This document shows positions 13,277-28,035 of a stretch of DNA of 64,000 nucleotides, piece by piece; the first letter of the stretch is position 1; each line of letters starts with the position of its first letter. The position numbers and the translations under genes are program-made. This stretch comes from Eledone cirrhosa (lineage: Eukaryota): positions 142,228,001 through 142,292,000 of the forward strand of contig OZ024741.1 of assembly GCA_964016885.1 (NCBI GenBank), written 5' to 3'. The notes under the pieces were generated by a model that saw only the letters and a program-made list of their open reading frames with translations, did no database searches and was not told where the DNA came from.

Positions 13277-14360
13277 GCGGTACACTCAAGAGGTCTTGAT
13301 ACTTTTAACTTCAGATCAAGACAAAACTCTAGTCTCCCTCAAAGTAGGATCCCCCAACTTAAATGAACTTCTTGTAGTCCTCCAAAGTGAAGGTGTCCAG
13401 GGCGCTTGTCACAGCCCCCTTCATCTCCTCCACATCACCAAAGCAGATATCCCAGAGCTTCTCCCTCAGCTTCGGACACATCCAGAAGTCATATGAGACT
13501 AAGTCTGGACTGTAGGGAGGATGAGGGGTAGTCTTGATCCTCATATCGGCCAAGTAGTTGGTCACCAGAATGGATTTGTAGCAGGGGGCATTGTCCTGGT
13601 GCAGGTGCCACTGACCAGACGTGAAAAGTTCTGGTCTCTTGCGACGAAATCTCTTTCTGAACTGCCCCAACACCTCTACGTAATAATCTTAGTTGACTGC
13701 CAGGCAGTGGGGAATTCAGTGGATGTAGATGATGCCCTTGCGGTCGATGAATGGGATCATCATGAGCTTTCCAGTGGATCTGCTTTGCATGGCCTTTTTG
13801 GGTCTTGGAGAGTCAGAATGTTACCTCTGGGTGCTCTGTCTCTTGGTCTCTGGATCAAAACAGAAGAACCACCTCTCATCGCACGTTACCACAGACTCAA
13901 AGACACTTGAATTCGCAGCGATCCACTCGACCATCTCCCTGCTATCATCAACGTGCCTTTGTCTTTGATCTTCATTGAGCACTCTAGGAACAAACTTTGC
14001 ACAAAATTTGCACATGTTCAGATAATCATGAAGGACTCTGTGCTCAGTGCCCCCAGCCGCTTCAAATTGTTTAGCAATCGTCAGAAGAGATACACGACGG
14101 TCCTCGTTCAGAAGTTTGCGAATTTTGTCGATCAACTTTGGCGTCTTGATGCCCCTCTCCCTGCCACACCTCTTGTCATCCATCACCTGCTCTCTACCCA
14201 CCTGGAACCTCTTGTATCAGCGGAAAACAGTAACCCGGTCCATGAATATTAGTCCATAAGCAGGTTTGACCATTTCATAGGGTTCTGCAGCGTTTTTGCC
14301 GAACTTGACACAAAAACTTTATTACATATCGAGCCTCACGTCCCTACTGCATTGTGGAAC
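13276..14360 (-). mobile_element. Tc1/mariner transposon, degenerate transposase
   Basis: KFVPRVL, VTCDERW, HQDNAP, HPPYSPDL..YDF motifs; stops and frameshifts; flanked by (TA)n. Confidence 0.92.
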
Positions 14361-14575
14361 TAGTCAGTTGGGACAAGACCTATATGACGGGTAGTGTTGT
14401 AGCGGCCCGAACCTTCAACCTGAAAAAAAACCCTGTCATTGAAATATATATATAATGAAATATATGAAATATATATATAAAGGGCTGAAGCACTTGCACG
14501 AGGGGGATTTCTTCTCTGAACACCTTCTGCTGTCAAGCTTTTCTGAGATTTCTTACGATTATATATACGTGTTAC

Positions 14576-14895
14576 GGGCACTCCGTCGGTTACGACAACG
14601 AGTGTTCCAGTTGATCGGATAAACAGAACAGCTTACCCGTGAAATTAACGTGCAAGTGGCTGAGAATTCCACAGACACGCGAACACTTAACGTAGTTCTC
14701 AGGGAGATTCAGCGTGACACAGAGTGTGTCAAAGCTGGCCCTTCGAATTACAGGTACAACTTATTTTTGCCAGCTGAGTGGACTCGAGCAACGTCAAATA
14801 AAGTATCTTGCTCAAGGACACAACGCGCCACCGGTAATTGTACTCACGACCTTAAGATTGAGAGCCGAATATCCTAACCAGAAAGCCATGCGCCC
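14576..14895 (-). mobile_element. Near full-length tRNA-headed CORE-like octopus SINE
   Basis: Reverse complement GGCGCATGGCTT..TGTGTCCTTGAGCAAGATACTT..CGTAACCGACGGAGTGCC; relatives at about 29310-29592 (-), 30461-30700, 42145-42442 (-), 43306-43545, 55940-56235 (-), 57120-57360. Confidence 0.8.
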
Positions 14896-15031
14896 TCACA
14901 ACAACAAACACATATAAACACACACTAGTAAACAAAGAATACAAAAACCAAAACACATACACTCAAACGCGAACACACACACCAAACATTATACACACAC
15001 GCAAACGAATGCGAGAAGACGGAGACAAAAA

Positions 15032-15074
<43 letters not shown>

Positions 15075-15498
15075 AATAAAAATAGCGTAAAAATTACAAT
15101 ACAATACAATAAGAGGGAACATGATAATAGTACCACTGATGATGTTGCAGATGTGCAACGAAAGAACTTTGTTAGACTATATATATATATATATTTATAT
15201 CTGTATTTTTAACCGTCAGTTAATGATAAACATTAATTGCCAAATAAATTAACTTTGGAGATATAAAAGATACAGAAGTGAAAACCAACCAAACAGTGAG
15301 TGTGTTCTGTTATTATTTCTGGCAAAATTATTACAACAATATGACCCTCCCCAAGTATAACAATATTTGTTTCGACACACGATTTTCATATAAAAAAACC
15401 TTGCAAAACATATATACATATGGCTTAGCTGCGGCTCGAGCTTCGACTATGCTGTACTTCCATTTGTATATATATATATATATATGTATATATATGTA

Positions 15499-15589
<91 letters not shown>

Positions 15590-16883
15590 GTGTGTGTGTA
15601 TATAATTTTATTTCGTCTGGAATGTGATATTTATTGTTTTCTCTAAGCACAACTGGATTTCAACAGGAATTCATTGCGCTATTGAAGAATATTTTCGTCA
15701 TGTTTTCCGAGCGTAAAATAGCCATAGTTCAAATGTCAAATCTTACAATTCTAACACCGAACTCTGCTCCTCGGATTGTTTCCCCTCATGACACTATCAA
15801 ATACACACTTATCGCTCGAGTAATCGGGAGACAGAGTTTTTCTAATTTGATAAGGAAATGGCAATCAGTGTATGGATGAAAATAGCTAATCGATAAATAC
15901 ATTTTGTGATTTTCGATCGATTTTCATGTAGATTACCATTATTCCCAAACCTTATAAAAAGAAATGAAAAAAATATTACTTGTTAGTTATGATTAAATGG
16001 TCAGTGTTCAAGTCAGGAAGCTTATAAAAGTAAATGTGCTAAATACCAAGAATTGCATGAATATTTTAAACCATTCTTCCATTATTCAATTTTACTGAAA
16101 AACAATCGTATAAAAATTGTTTTCAATATTTATATTTAAGCCAAATTTGAAGGCAAATTCACTCACCCACACCATCATCTGTCATTATTATAAATTGGCA
16201 GTATCGGTAAGGGGGAGGACGCCATGCTTTGCAGCAAAGAGTTACGGCCCTTTATGGTCTGAGTTCAAATCCCGCCGAGGTTAACTTTGTCTTTCATCCT
16301 TACGGGTCGATATAATAAAGTACCAGTAATACACTGAGATAATTGCTGGCCTTGTGCCAAAAGTAGAAACAATTATTATAACGGTCTGCGAGTGCTTGAA
16401 TTTACCTACTGTATATTATAAATCGGGGCCTTTATCAAAATACGCATATTATATACATATAACGCATATTATATATATAACACATTTTGAACTGCTTATC
16501 TTCAAGAACTATGCCTGTAAATATCATTATTTTTTCTTTCCCATTACCTTATCATGTTCCACATCACCCCTTTTTTCTTCTTTCTTTTTTCTTTTCATTT
16601 CAAAAACCTTGTTTGTAAATAATATTATTCTTTCTTCCCCATTTCCTTAACATGTTCAACATGACATCAATACAAATCCCCCACCCCCTTTGATAATGCA
16701 TAACATGCTGAAACCGGTAATAGACAATTATTAAAAGTATAAGTAAATGAATAAATGCCATTGTTAATTAATAAATCACACAAAGTAAAATATTTTGTTT
16801 TAAACATTTTCTAACCCAGAAAAAAGAGAAAAAAATAAAAGGAAAATAAAATGTTCTTCCTAATAATCGTCTTTTTCTCCCCT

Positions 16884-16935
<52 letters not shown>

Positions 16936-18950
16936 GCACTTTTGTTTTATAAAATATTGACTAACTGAGGTTGCGTTTACAACACTCTAATCAACAAATA
17001 ATGATGTAATTAGATTCAAACACTCAACGTCATAAGTATCCTTCCAATTTCGATGAGGTAGTCCATAGTGGAGTATACATAATTCATTTTATTACGGAAT
17101 TCACTGTAATACGTATTTCTGTGGCGCTATTAATTACACAATCTTAACATCACGCAATCATTTTACATATACTATCTTAGGTAATATATTTAGTATATAA
17201 TATATCTCTAATGCAATACTGGCTATTGATAAGGGGACGGACTTGTATTCGATGTTGCTTTTCAAAAGTCTATCCCCCATATATATATATGATAGGACTG
17301 GGGTCTGTAAGGATCCACCTCAGTAGTGGACTGTTATTTTTTTTATCGAATTCGATAGGATGAAAGACAAAGTTGATATTGACAGGATTTGAAGTCAGAG
17401 AGCGCAAATAGCTGAAACGAATATCACAAAGCATTCTATCCGCCGTTCTAACGACTCTGCCAATTCTCCGACTTACAGTATCAAAATGAAGTTTTATAAA
17501 CTATTTTCATTAGTTATTTTTTTCGCGAGATAACTATTTACTATCTATTTTGGCATCACAAGGCCAAGATCTACTTACTTCAACAATTGCAAAGAGTCTA
17601 TTTCGCTATTTTTGGTAGGGTATAATTTATCTTCAGACTTCATTTCACAATATATAATTATCTAGTGTAAGTCTGGAAACCGTTGTGTGATCTGATCAAT
17701 AATAAATAGTGAGCTGCAAAGGAAATACAATAAGTGAAATACGCAGTCTTCTGAGGTGAGCAGTCACTTATGTGTTGTACATATTAGAAATACAATAGGT
17801 GTTATACTCTTCTGAGGTGAGAACTTACCAGAGGTGGATTAGCCACACGTGTATTTGGGCAATGCCTGGTGGGTCGATGGGGTGAGTAAAAAAAACAAAA
17901 CAACTGACAAAATGTCACGTAAAACTGAGATCATAATTGCTGCACAAAAATTGAAAGGAAAATAGAACACGCATTGGCTGAGCTGCAACAATACAGATCT
18001 GGCTTTCAGCAGTCGGCTAGTTGGCGTCACCTGAGTCGAACAGTGAAAACATGACTCTGGCCCTCAGTAGTCAGTAGTCTGTTAGTCAGTGTCGCCTTAG
18101 CTGAGTAGTAAAAATACACCTCAGGCCCTCAGCAGTCAGCAGTCTGTTATTCAGTGTCGTCTGCATCCTCGAACCGCATCTAATACACAGTCCACTTCTG
18201 ACACCCCTTCATGGGTGAGGTAGAACAGAAGCAATGATATACCTTATCATCAAAGAGCTTTGCTTCTCACACTGATTCTGTTTCTTGGCGTTATTGCTGA
18301 ATTATTTTTATTTGTTAAGTGCGAAATGCCAGGTGGATGTTGCCTCATGATCCTAGCGGACAGAATTTTAAGTGTTTATATACATTAGAGTCTAATTTGA
18401 TGAAACATAGTTAAACAATTTGAAAGAACATGGACAGAACATAGATAAAAAATTTGAAAGCATATTATTTTAAAGTAAACTACGACTATGACTATGGCTA
18501 TAAAAATAGTTGAACAAGTTGGGCGTAGAAGCCTCTTGAGACAGAAAAAGACGATACTGCCCCCCTCCCTCCCTTCAGACTCTATGAGCTTATATGTCTA
18601 ATTTGTTCAACCATTTTCATTAAAAATAAAACAAAAAAAACTTTCCGTTGAAGCAGCTCACTTTAAGCTAACATACTTTCAGAATTCAAAATTTGTTCAA
18701 CGCTTTCGTCCATCAGTTCTATATCTCTGAAGAGCAAAACCTGAGGCGAATGTTGTCTCACTGATGCAGCGGTGGACAGGATTGGTAAGGGGTCACCTAG
18801 GTGATTAGCGTGGGAGTTGCAATGAAAGTGCCAGTTCAACTCGCCAGGCTCATTCTTGTGAGTGGCTAAAATTACATTAGATTTCCTCAAATATATTAGG
18901 ATTACTGCTCACCTTTCCCGAGTATATATTTCATTAACATACTATACACA

Positions 18951-20073
18951 ATGCCGTGGCTGATGATGCGCAAACATGCGCTGCGGCTGCGGCATCTCCA
19001 GGTCTTCCTCACCGACCCCAAACCGGTGTGGGCACCGTTTGTGAGACAGGCTTTCCCACAGCTCGTCTCGCTGACGGAACTGCAGTCCTGGGTGAAGAAA
19101 AGACCGAAAGCGATGAGCGCCTGGCACATTGAATGCGCTCAGGCGCTCACAGTCCTCTGGCAAGCGGGCGCAGCAATCAGTGGAGACTCCACTTCGACAT
19201 TTTATAGAGGGATTGTACGTTACAAGGGTGACGACGTGCTCGGAGAGACTCTGGGCGTCGAAGACGATGAGCTCACCAGTCTGTTTGGTAGGACTTTCCG
19301 CCCGGGACCTATGGACAACTTCCAGAGGTCCCTGGCCTGGCAGTGCTACCGAGGAGCTCTACCGGTTCGTGACAAGATCTACAGGCACGGACGCCCCGGC
19401 AGGGATCCTTCCAAGAGGACGTGTCCAAGATGCGCGCAGGGCATTGAAACAGTCCTGCACGCAATTGTACACTGCCCGGGCGTAACCGACCTGTGGAACT
19501 ATGCAGAACAACTGCTGTCGCGTATGGGACAAATCCAGTTGACTGCCGAGTCCATAGTAAGGATCAAACCGCCAGCCTCTTTCAAAAACGAAAGAGAGGC
19601 GGTTTTCCTCTGTACGGTGGCTATGGTGAAAGAAGTTATATGGTGGACGAGGTTGAGAGGACTGAGGACAGATGCCTTTCTCTCCGGACAACAATTGATT
19701 CTCTTCTTTAAGTATCACTTTAGAAGGAGAATCAGGGTGGAGAGAGAGGCACTGCACCCCAGTAAATTTACTGAAAGGTGGGTGAATGAAGCGAAAATGG
19801 CCCGAGTGATTGGGCCTTCTCTGTTTATAAGCCTGTAGGTTGAGGAAGAGAGCGAAAGGAAGAAAGGAGCACTTGCACAACACGCTCCTGGAGTTGAGGG
19901 TTGTTCTATCGACGGGGTATTAAACAACCCATTTGTGGCGCCACCCCCCTATTGGGATTTCGATTGTTATAATTATTTGTTTTTATATTTTTTACACGAC
20001 TGTATGTAAAATCCCCGGCATGTCTTTGTATTGTCCCCTTTTCTTGTGCGCCCTTGTGGCTAATAAAGAAATC
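18951..20073 (+). mobile_element. 5'-truncated Tx1/L1-clade LINE (ORF2 C-terminus and 3' UTR)
   Basis: 295 aa homologous to the end of 24601-26451; CPRC..ETVLHAIVHC zinc knuckle; AATAAA near 20062. Confidence 0.9.
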
Positions 20074-20103
20074 TAGTTATACATTTAAAATTAACGTTTA
20101 ATT

Positions 20104-22988
20104 TAGTGTGTATTGGTCAGTTGTAGAGGGGGTGTAATGTAGTGTGTACTGGTCAGTTGTAGAGGGGGTGAAATGTAGTGTGTATTGGTCAGTTGTAGAG
20201 GGGGTGAAATGTAGTGTGTACTGGTCAGTTGTAGAGGGGGTGTAATGTAGTGTGTACTGGTCAGTTGTAGAGGGGTGTAATGTAGTGTGTACTGGTCAGT
20301 TGTAGAGGGGGTGTAATGTAGTGTGTACTGGTCAGTTGTAGAGGAGGGAATGTAGTGTGTACTGGTCAGTTGTAGAGGGGGTGTAATGTAGTGTGTACTG
20401 GTCAGTTGTAGAGGGGGTGAAATGTAGTGTGTACTGGTCAGTTGTAGAGGGGGTGTAATGTAGTGTGTACTGGTCAGTTGTAGAGGGGGTGTAATGTAGT
20501 GTGTACTGGTCAGTTGTAGAGGGGGTGTAATGTAGTGTGTAATGGTCAGTTGTAGAGAGGGTGTAATGTAGTGTGTACTGGTCAGTTGTAGAGGGGGTGT
20601 AATGTAGTGTGTACTGGTCAGTTGTAGAGGGGGTGTAATGTAGTGTGTACTGGTCAGTTGTAGAGGAGGGAATGTAGTGTGTACTGGTCAGTTGTAGAGG
20701 GGGTGTAATGTAGTGTGTACTGGTCAGTTGTAGAGGGGGTGAAATGTAGTGTGTACTGGTCAGTTGTAGAGGGGGTGTAATGTAGTGTGTACTGGTCAGT
20801 TGTAGAGGGGGTGTAATGTAGTGTGTACTGGTCAGTTGTAGAGGGGGTGTAATGTAGTGTGTACTGGTCAGTTGTAGAGGGGGTGTAATGTAGTGTGTAC
20901 TGGTCAGTTGTAGAGGGGGATGTAATGTAGTGTGTACTGGTCAGTTGTAGAGGGGGTGTAATGTAGTGTGTACTGGTCAGTTGTAGAGGGGGTGTAATGT
21001 AGTGTGTACTGGTCAGTTGTAGAGGGGGTGTAATGTAGTGTGTACTGGTCAGTTGTAGAGGGGGTGAAATGTAGTGTGTACTGGTCAGTTGTAGAGGGGT
21101 GTAATGTAGTGTGTACTGGTCAGTTGTAGAGGGGTGTAATGTAGTGTGTACTGGTCAGTTGTAGAGGGGTGTAATGTAGTGTGTACTGGTCAGTTGTAGA
21201 GGGGGTGTAATGTAGTGTGTACTGGTCAGTTGTAGAGGGGGTGTAATGTAGTGTGTACTGGTCAGTTGTAGAGGAGGGAATGTAGTGTGTACTGGTCAGT
21301 TGTAGAGGGGGTGTAATGTAGTGTGTACTGGTCAGTTGTAGAGGAGGGAATGTAGTGTGTACTGGTCAGTTGTAGAGGGGGTGTAATGTAGTGTGTACTG
21401 GTCAGTTGTAGAGGAGGGGAATGTAGTGTGTACTGGTCAGTTGTAGAGGGGGTGTAATGTAGTGTGTACTGGTCAGTTGTAGAGGGGGTGTAATGTAGTG
21501 TGTACTGGTCAGTTGTAGAGGGGTGTAATGTAGTGTGTACTGGTCAGTTGTAGAGGGGGTGTAATGTAGTGTGTACTGGTCAGTTGTAGAGGGGGTGAAA
21601 TGTAGTGTGTACTGGTCAGTTGTAGAGGGGGTGTAATGTAGTGTGTACTGGTCAGTTGTAGAGGGGGTGTAATGTAGTGTGTACTGGTCAGTTGTAGAGG
21701 GGGTGTAATGTAGTGTGTACTGGTCAGTTGTAGAGGAGGGAATGTAGTGTGTACTGGTCAGTTGTAGAGGGGGTGTAATGTAGTGTGTACTGGTCAGTTG
21801 TAGAGGAGGGAATGTAGTGTGTACTGGTCAGTTGTAGAGGGGGTGTAATGTAGTGTGTACTGGTCAGTTGTAGAGGAGGGTGTAATGTAGTGTGTACTGG
21901 TCAGTTGTAGAGGGGGTGTAATGTAGTGTGTACCTGGTCAGTTGTAGAGGGGGTGTAATGTAGTGTGTACTGGTCAGTTGTAGAGGGGGTGTAATGTAGT
22001 GTGTACTGGTCAGTTGTAGAGGGGGTGTAATGTAGTGTGTACTGGTCAGTTGTAGAGGGGGGTGTAATGTAGTGTGTACTGGTCAGTTGTAGAGGGGGGT
22101 GTAATGTAGTGTGTACTGGTCAGTTGTAGAGGGGGTGTAATGTAGTGAGTGTACTGGGTCAGTTGTAGAGGGGGTGTAATGTAGTGTGTACTGGTCAGTT
22201 TAAGGGGTGTAATTAGTGTGTACTGGTCAGTTGTAGAGGGGGTGTAAGGGTAGATGTGTGTGTACTGGTCAGTTGTAGAGGGGGTGAATTGTAGTGTGTT
22301 AGAGGGGGTGTAATGTAGTGTGTACTGGTCAGTTGTAGAGGGGGTGTAATGTAGTGTGTACTGGTCAGTTGTAGAGGGGGTGTAATGTAGTGTGTACTGG
22401 TCAGTTGTAGAGGGGTGTAATGTAGTGTGTACTGGTCAGTTGTAGAGGGGGTGTAATGTAGTGTGTACTGGTCAGTTGTAGAGGGGGTGTAATGTAGTGT
22501 GTACTGGTCAGTTGTAGAGGGGGTGTAATGTAGTGTGTACTGGTCAGTTGTAGAGGAGGGAATGTAGTGTGTACTGGTCAGTTGTAGAGGGGGTGTAATG
22601 TAGTGTGTACTGGTCAGTTGTAGAGGGGGTGAATGTAGTGTGTACTGGTCAGTTGTAGAGGGGGTGTAATGTAGTGTGTACTGGTCAGTTGTAGAGGGGG
22701 TGAATGTAGTGTGTACTGGTCAGTTGTAGAGGGGTGTAATGTAGTGTGTACTGGTCAGTTGTAGAGGGGGTGAATGTAGTGTGTACTGGTCAGTTGTAGA
22801 GGGGGTGTAATGTAGTGTGTACTGGTCAGTTGTAGAGGAGGGAATGTAGTGTGTACTGGTCAGTTGTAGAGGGGGTGTAATGTAGTGTGTACTGGTCAGT
22901 TGTAGAGGGGGTGTAATGTAGTGTGTACTGGTCAGTTGTAGAGGGGTGTAATGTAGTGTGTACTGGTCAGTTGTAGAGGGGGGTGTAA
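20104..22988 (+). repeat. 36-bp G-rich tandem satellite, about 80 units, running into the gap
   Basis: Unit GTAGTGTGTACTGGTCAGTTGTAGAGGGGGTGTAAT, with a recurring shorter GAGGAGGGAAT variant. Confidence 0.97.
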
Positions 22989-23188
22989 NNNNNNNNNNNN
23001 NNNNNNNNNNNNNNNNNNNNNNNNNNNNNNNNNNNNNNNNNNNNNNNNNNNNNNNNNNNNNNNNNNNNNNNNNNNNNNNNNNNNNNNNNNNNNNNNNNNN
23101 NNNNNNNNNNNNNNNNNNNNNNNNNNNNNNNNNNNNNNNNNNNNNNNNNNNNNNNNNNNNNNNNNNNNNNNNNNNNNNNNNNNNNNNN
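22989..23188. other. Assembly gap (200 N)
   Basis: Run of N; adjacency across it is not sequence-supported. Confidence 1.
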
Positions 23189-26100
23189 GGTGCATGCATC
23201 TCTCTGTCAACCTGGAGGTGGGGGTGGGGTTGTCGTACTGCTGCAAAAACACCTGGGTCTTGCCGTACAGGTTGTGCACTCGGACCCGGAGGGTCGTTTG
23301 TTGGTGCTAGACGTTGGCAGTAGTGAAGGTGCGGCCTTAAGACTGGTCGCCGTCTACTCCCCTTTCGGAGCTGAACGGCCCGACTTCTTCCAGCGTTTAG
23401 AGACTTTTCTGGGAACGTCGCGTTCCCTGCTTCTAGCGGGGGATTGGAATGACATCCTAGATGCACGTTGGGACTATGCAGGAGCATGTCCTAATAGAGG
23501 GGGGGGGGGGGTGACAGCCTCAAGGGGTTACTCGACCGTTTTAACTTAGTCGATAGATATCGACTAGATTTTCCAACTGTGCCTACCTGGACTTGGAGAA
23601 ACCACAGTGGTCAATCTAGATCGTACTTAGATAGATTCTTAGTTAGAAGTAAGGATAGGGACATATTAAGCTGTCCAGAAATGCGCACGGTTGGCTATAC
23701 GGATCACAAATTAGTGACCTGCGTAGTCAATCTCGAGAAAACACATAAACAGGGTCCCGGTTACTGGAAACTTAATTTGTCTTTACCGGCAAAAGAGACT
23801 TACAGAAACCGAATTAGCAGATTAGTTAAGGAGAGGTTGACGGGTGCAATTGTCAACAACCGATGGTGGGCATCTCTCAAAAGAGAGATTAGAACAGAAT
23901 CAATAAGTTATAGCAAGATGTTAGCTGCCGATAGGAATAGAAACGAGAAAGAATTAACAGGTAAATTAGAAGAGGCAATCAAGAGCGAAGATGTGGCCAG
24001 AGTGCTGGCATCGAGGACGGCCTTGAACCAGTTTTTCGATGCAAAGCACGAAGGCTGCGTCATTCGAAGTAAAATACGTGCTCTAGGTAATGAGGAGGCC
24101 AAAGCCGTTGGCTGGGCCCGCGTGACAGAAGCTAAGAGTGGAAATCGATCCACCATCCGGTCGTTGCAAGACGAGGATGGACGGGTGATCCGGGAGCCTA
24201 AGCAGATGTGCGAGGCCTTTCAAAGGCACTTTGTCCGATTATTCGGGGGAGGCGAGGGTCCGGGCGGGGACGTGGATTTCGGTCCATACCTCGACGGCCT
24301 GCCGCGTCTCTCGAGCGAAGAGGCAGAGTCCTGCGAGGGACCAATCTCGGCTGATGAGATCAGAGATGCGCTGAGCCAATGCAGCAGACGCAAATCTCCA
24401 GGTCTCGATGGTATACCTTACGAACTTTATTTAGCAATGCCGGTCTTCTTCTCCGAACTCCTCGAAGCGGTCTACTGCAATTGGCAGCAGAACGGGAGAA
24501 TTCCTTGTTCTGTGGCCAAGGGCGTAGTCTCGCTGGTGAGGAAGGACGAGAACAAGGGGGATAGTATAAATAATTTTCGGCCCAAACAGAGTTAAAGATT
24601 TTGGCCAAGGTGTTAGCAAAGAGGTTGGCGCTTGTCGTGGGTAGCCTGGTGGGAGATGCGCAGACATGTGCTATCCCATCCAGGTCCATTCACGATAACC
24701 TCCACCTCATGCAATACATCATAGAGAGGGTTGGCAACAAACCCGGCTTCGGTGGGGCCCTGATCAACTTGGATCAGTCTAAGGCCTTCAATAGGGTCGA
24801 CCATGGTTACCTGGATGCGGTGCTAGCGGCGGCTGGGTTCGGTCCTGTTTTCAGAGGCTGGATCACTGCCTTACATAGCAACCACATCTGTTCTAGGATC
24901 AAGGTGAACGGCTACCTTTCGAAGCCGTTCGAAATCACACGATCCATTCGACAGGGGTGCCCTCTCTCCTCCCTTCTGTACGTATTGACTCTCGAGCCTT
25001 TACTGAGGAAGTTAGAGTTGTTGCAGGGTACCCCCCTCGAACCAGGATTGAGCAAAGCGGTGTCGGCCTACGCCGATGACGTAACAGTAATGGTATCGAC
25101 CGACTCGGAAATCGAGGCGATCGGTACCTTACTGGAGGATTACGAAAGGTTGTCAGGAGCGAAACTGAACCGGGAAAAATCCATCGGGCTGCAACTCGGA
25201 ACGTGGAGAGGAAGACCGATGCCTCCCGACGGTGTCGTCGGACACTGGACGGAGGGCTCGGTAAAGTTGCTTGGGGTCTGGTTTGGACCGGACCTCCAGG
25301 TGGAAAAGAACTGGGACGAGGTTACGAACAAGGTGTTTGCACTAACCCAGAAATGGGCCAAGTGTAAGCTGTCCCTAAAAGGCCGGGCGGAGGTGGCGAA
25401 CATTTACATAGCGTCCGTCACTTACTACTGCCTGACTGTCGTGCCTTGCCCTAAGGAAACACTCACCACCATGGAACGCATGCTCTTCCAATTTCTTTGG
25501 AAGAAGCGTCCTCCTATGGTGAGAAGATCCATCTGCTGCCAACAACCTTCGAAAGGAGGGCTGGGGATGCCGTGGTTGATGATGCGTAGGCACGCATTAA
25601 GGCTACGGCACCTACAGGTATTCCTCACTGGTCAACCGGTGTGGGCTCCGTTCGTGAAACGAGCCTTTCCGAGACTCGTCTCGCTCACCGAGCTGCAGTC
25701 CTGGGTCAAGCAAAGATCCGGAAAACTGGGAGACTGGCACACTGAGTGTGCTCAGGCGCTCAGGGCTCTCTGGCAAGCGGGCCAGGCCATCGGTGGAGAA
25801 TCCACCTCATCATTCTATAGAGGGCTGGTGGCTAGCAGGGGCGATGACACCCTTGGAGAGTCGCTGGACATGGAAGAGGACGAACTGGCCAGCCTGTTCG
25901 GTAGGACTTTCGGCCCGGGACCAATGGACAACTTCCAGAAGTCACTAGCCTGGCAGTGCTACCGGGGGGCTCTACCCGTTCGAGAGAGGCTCTACAGACA
26001 CGGGCGCCCGGGCAGGGATCCCTCAAAAAAGATTTGCCCTAGATGCGTGCGTCACGAAGAAACCGTTGCGCCCGCATTGGTGCAATGTCCGGGCGTGGCT

Positions 26101-26642
26101 GATCTGTGGGGCTACGCCGAACGACTGCTGTCGCGAGTGGCGCCGATTCAATTGACCGCCGGGTCCGTGATGACAATCAAACCGCCTCCCCTCTTCACAA
26201 AGGAAGCAAAGGCGGTTTTTCTGTGCGTAATAGCCATGTTGAAAGAGGTTGTTTGGTGGACACGATTGAAAGGTCTGAGGTCAGGCAACTTCCTCTCTGG
26301 CCATAGTCTGGTCTACTTCTTCCGATATCACTTCGGAAGAAGGATAAGAATGGAGAGAGAGGTGCTTGGCCACAGGCAGTTTTATGAAAGGTGGGTGATA
26401 GTGGCGAGAATGGCTCGTGTAAATGGGCCTTCTCTGTATACCATCCTGTAGGTAAAGAAGTGAAGGAGAGGGGAGCACCTTCTCCATGTGCTCCCCGGGC
26501 AAAGGATTGCACACTTTTTCGGGGGTGTGTGCAACCCCCATCACGTCCCCTCCCTTTTGAGGTTGTTTTCGATTATTTTCATTTTATACCCTTTTTACTC
26601 GATTGTATGTAAACTCCCCCTTTGTATTTGTCCCTTCTTTTT
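23189..26642 (+). mobile_element. Tx1/L1-clade LINE ORF2 (APE endonuclease + RT + Zn knuckle), frameshifted
   Basis: DPEGR, LAGDWN, SYLDRF, TDHK, GPGYWKLN, KSPGLDG, LDQSKAF, RQGCPLS, YADD; frame breaks near 23500 (G run) and 24590. Confidence 0.95.
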
Positions 26643-26768
26643 ATCCCGAATTAAGCCGTACAGTGTTTAGCAACTATCGTTGCCCTTTTGTCCAACTGTT
26701 ACTTAACTGTCAGTGTTGGACAAAAGGGCAACGATAGTTGCTAAACACTGTACGGCTTAATTCGGGAT
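26643..26768. repeat. Perfect 54-bp inverted repeat with 18-nt loop
   Basis: 26643-26696 is the exact reverse complement of 26715-26768. Confidence 0.95.
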
Positions 26769-26941
26769 GTTTGTTTAGAAACAAACCAACATTATAATAA
26801 GTGCTTGGTAAATCCATACGTACATATATATGTGTGCATGTATGTATATATATACATACTACTCTACGTCTGTATAATATATGTATGTACGTATACATAC
26901 TTATATATATGTATATATATATATATGTATATATATATATG

Positions 26942-27835
<894 letters not shown>

Positions 27836-27944
27836 AAATAGAAGCTTAGGAATCGAAAGATAGTTTCTTGATGGGGTTTAATTGCCTCAATATCCTTCAA
27901 CAATTGCTCAAGGCCAACCATCTTCAATTGACTGAAGATTGACT

Positions 27945-28035
<91 letters not shown>

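Noticed and set aside
14420-14470. CTGAAAA..GAAATATATATATAATGAAA hammerhead-like string
   Set aside because: No stem II or convincing stem I
16686-16723. TTGATAA..GAAACCGGTA hammerhead-like motif
   Set aside because: Core present, but stem I does not pair and stem II opens with T.T; at most a decayed relic
18663-18890. 75-aa ORF as a host exon
   Set aside because: No recognisable domain or linked exons; cannot be supported without a search
20104-22988. 36-bp repeat as a CRISPR array
   Set aside because: Units are contiguous with no unique spacers, no cas genes, eukaryotic context
23189-26451. Active Tx1 element
   Set aside because: Two frame breaks, KAFN instead of KAFD, His-to-Pro in the Zn knuckle; only the G-run shift could be a sequencing error
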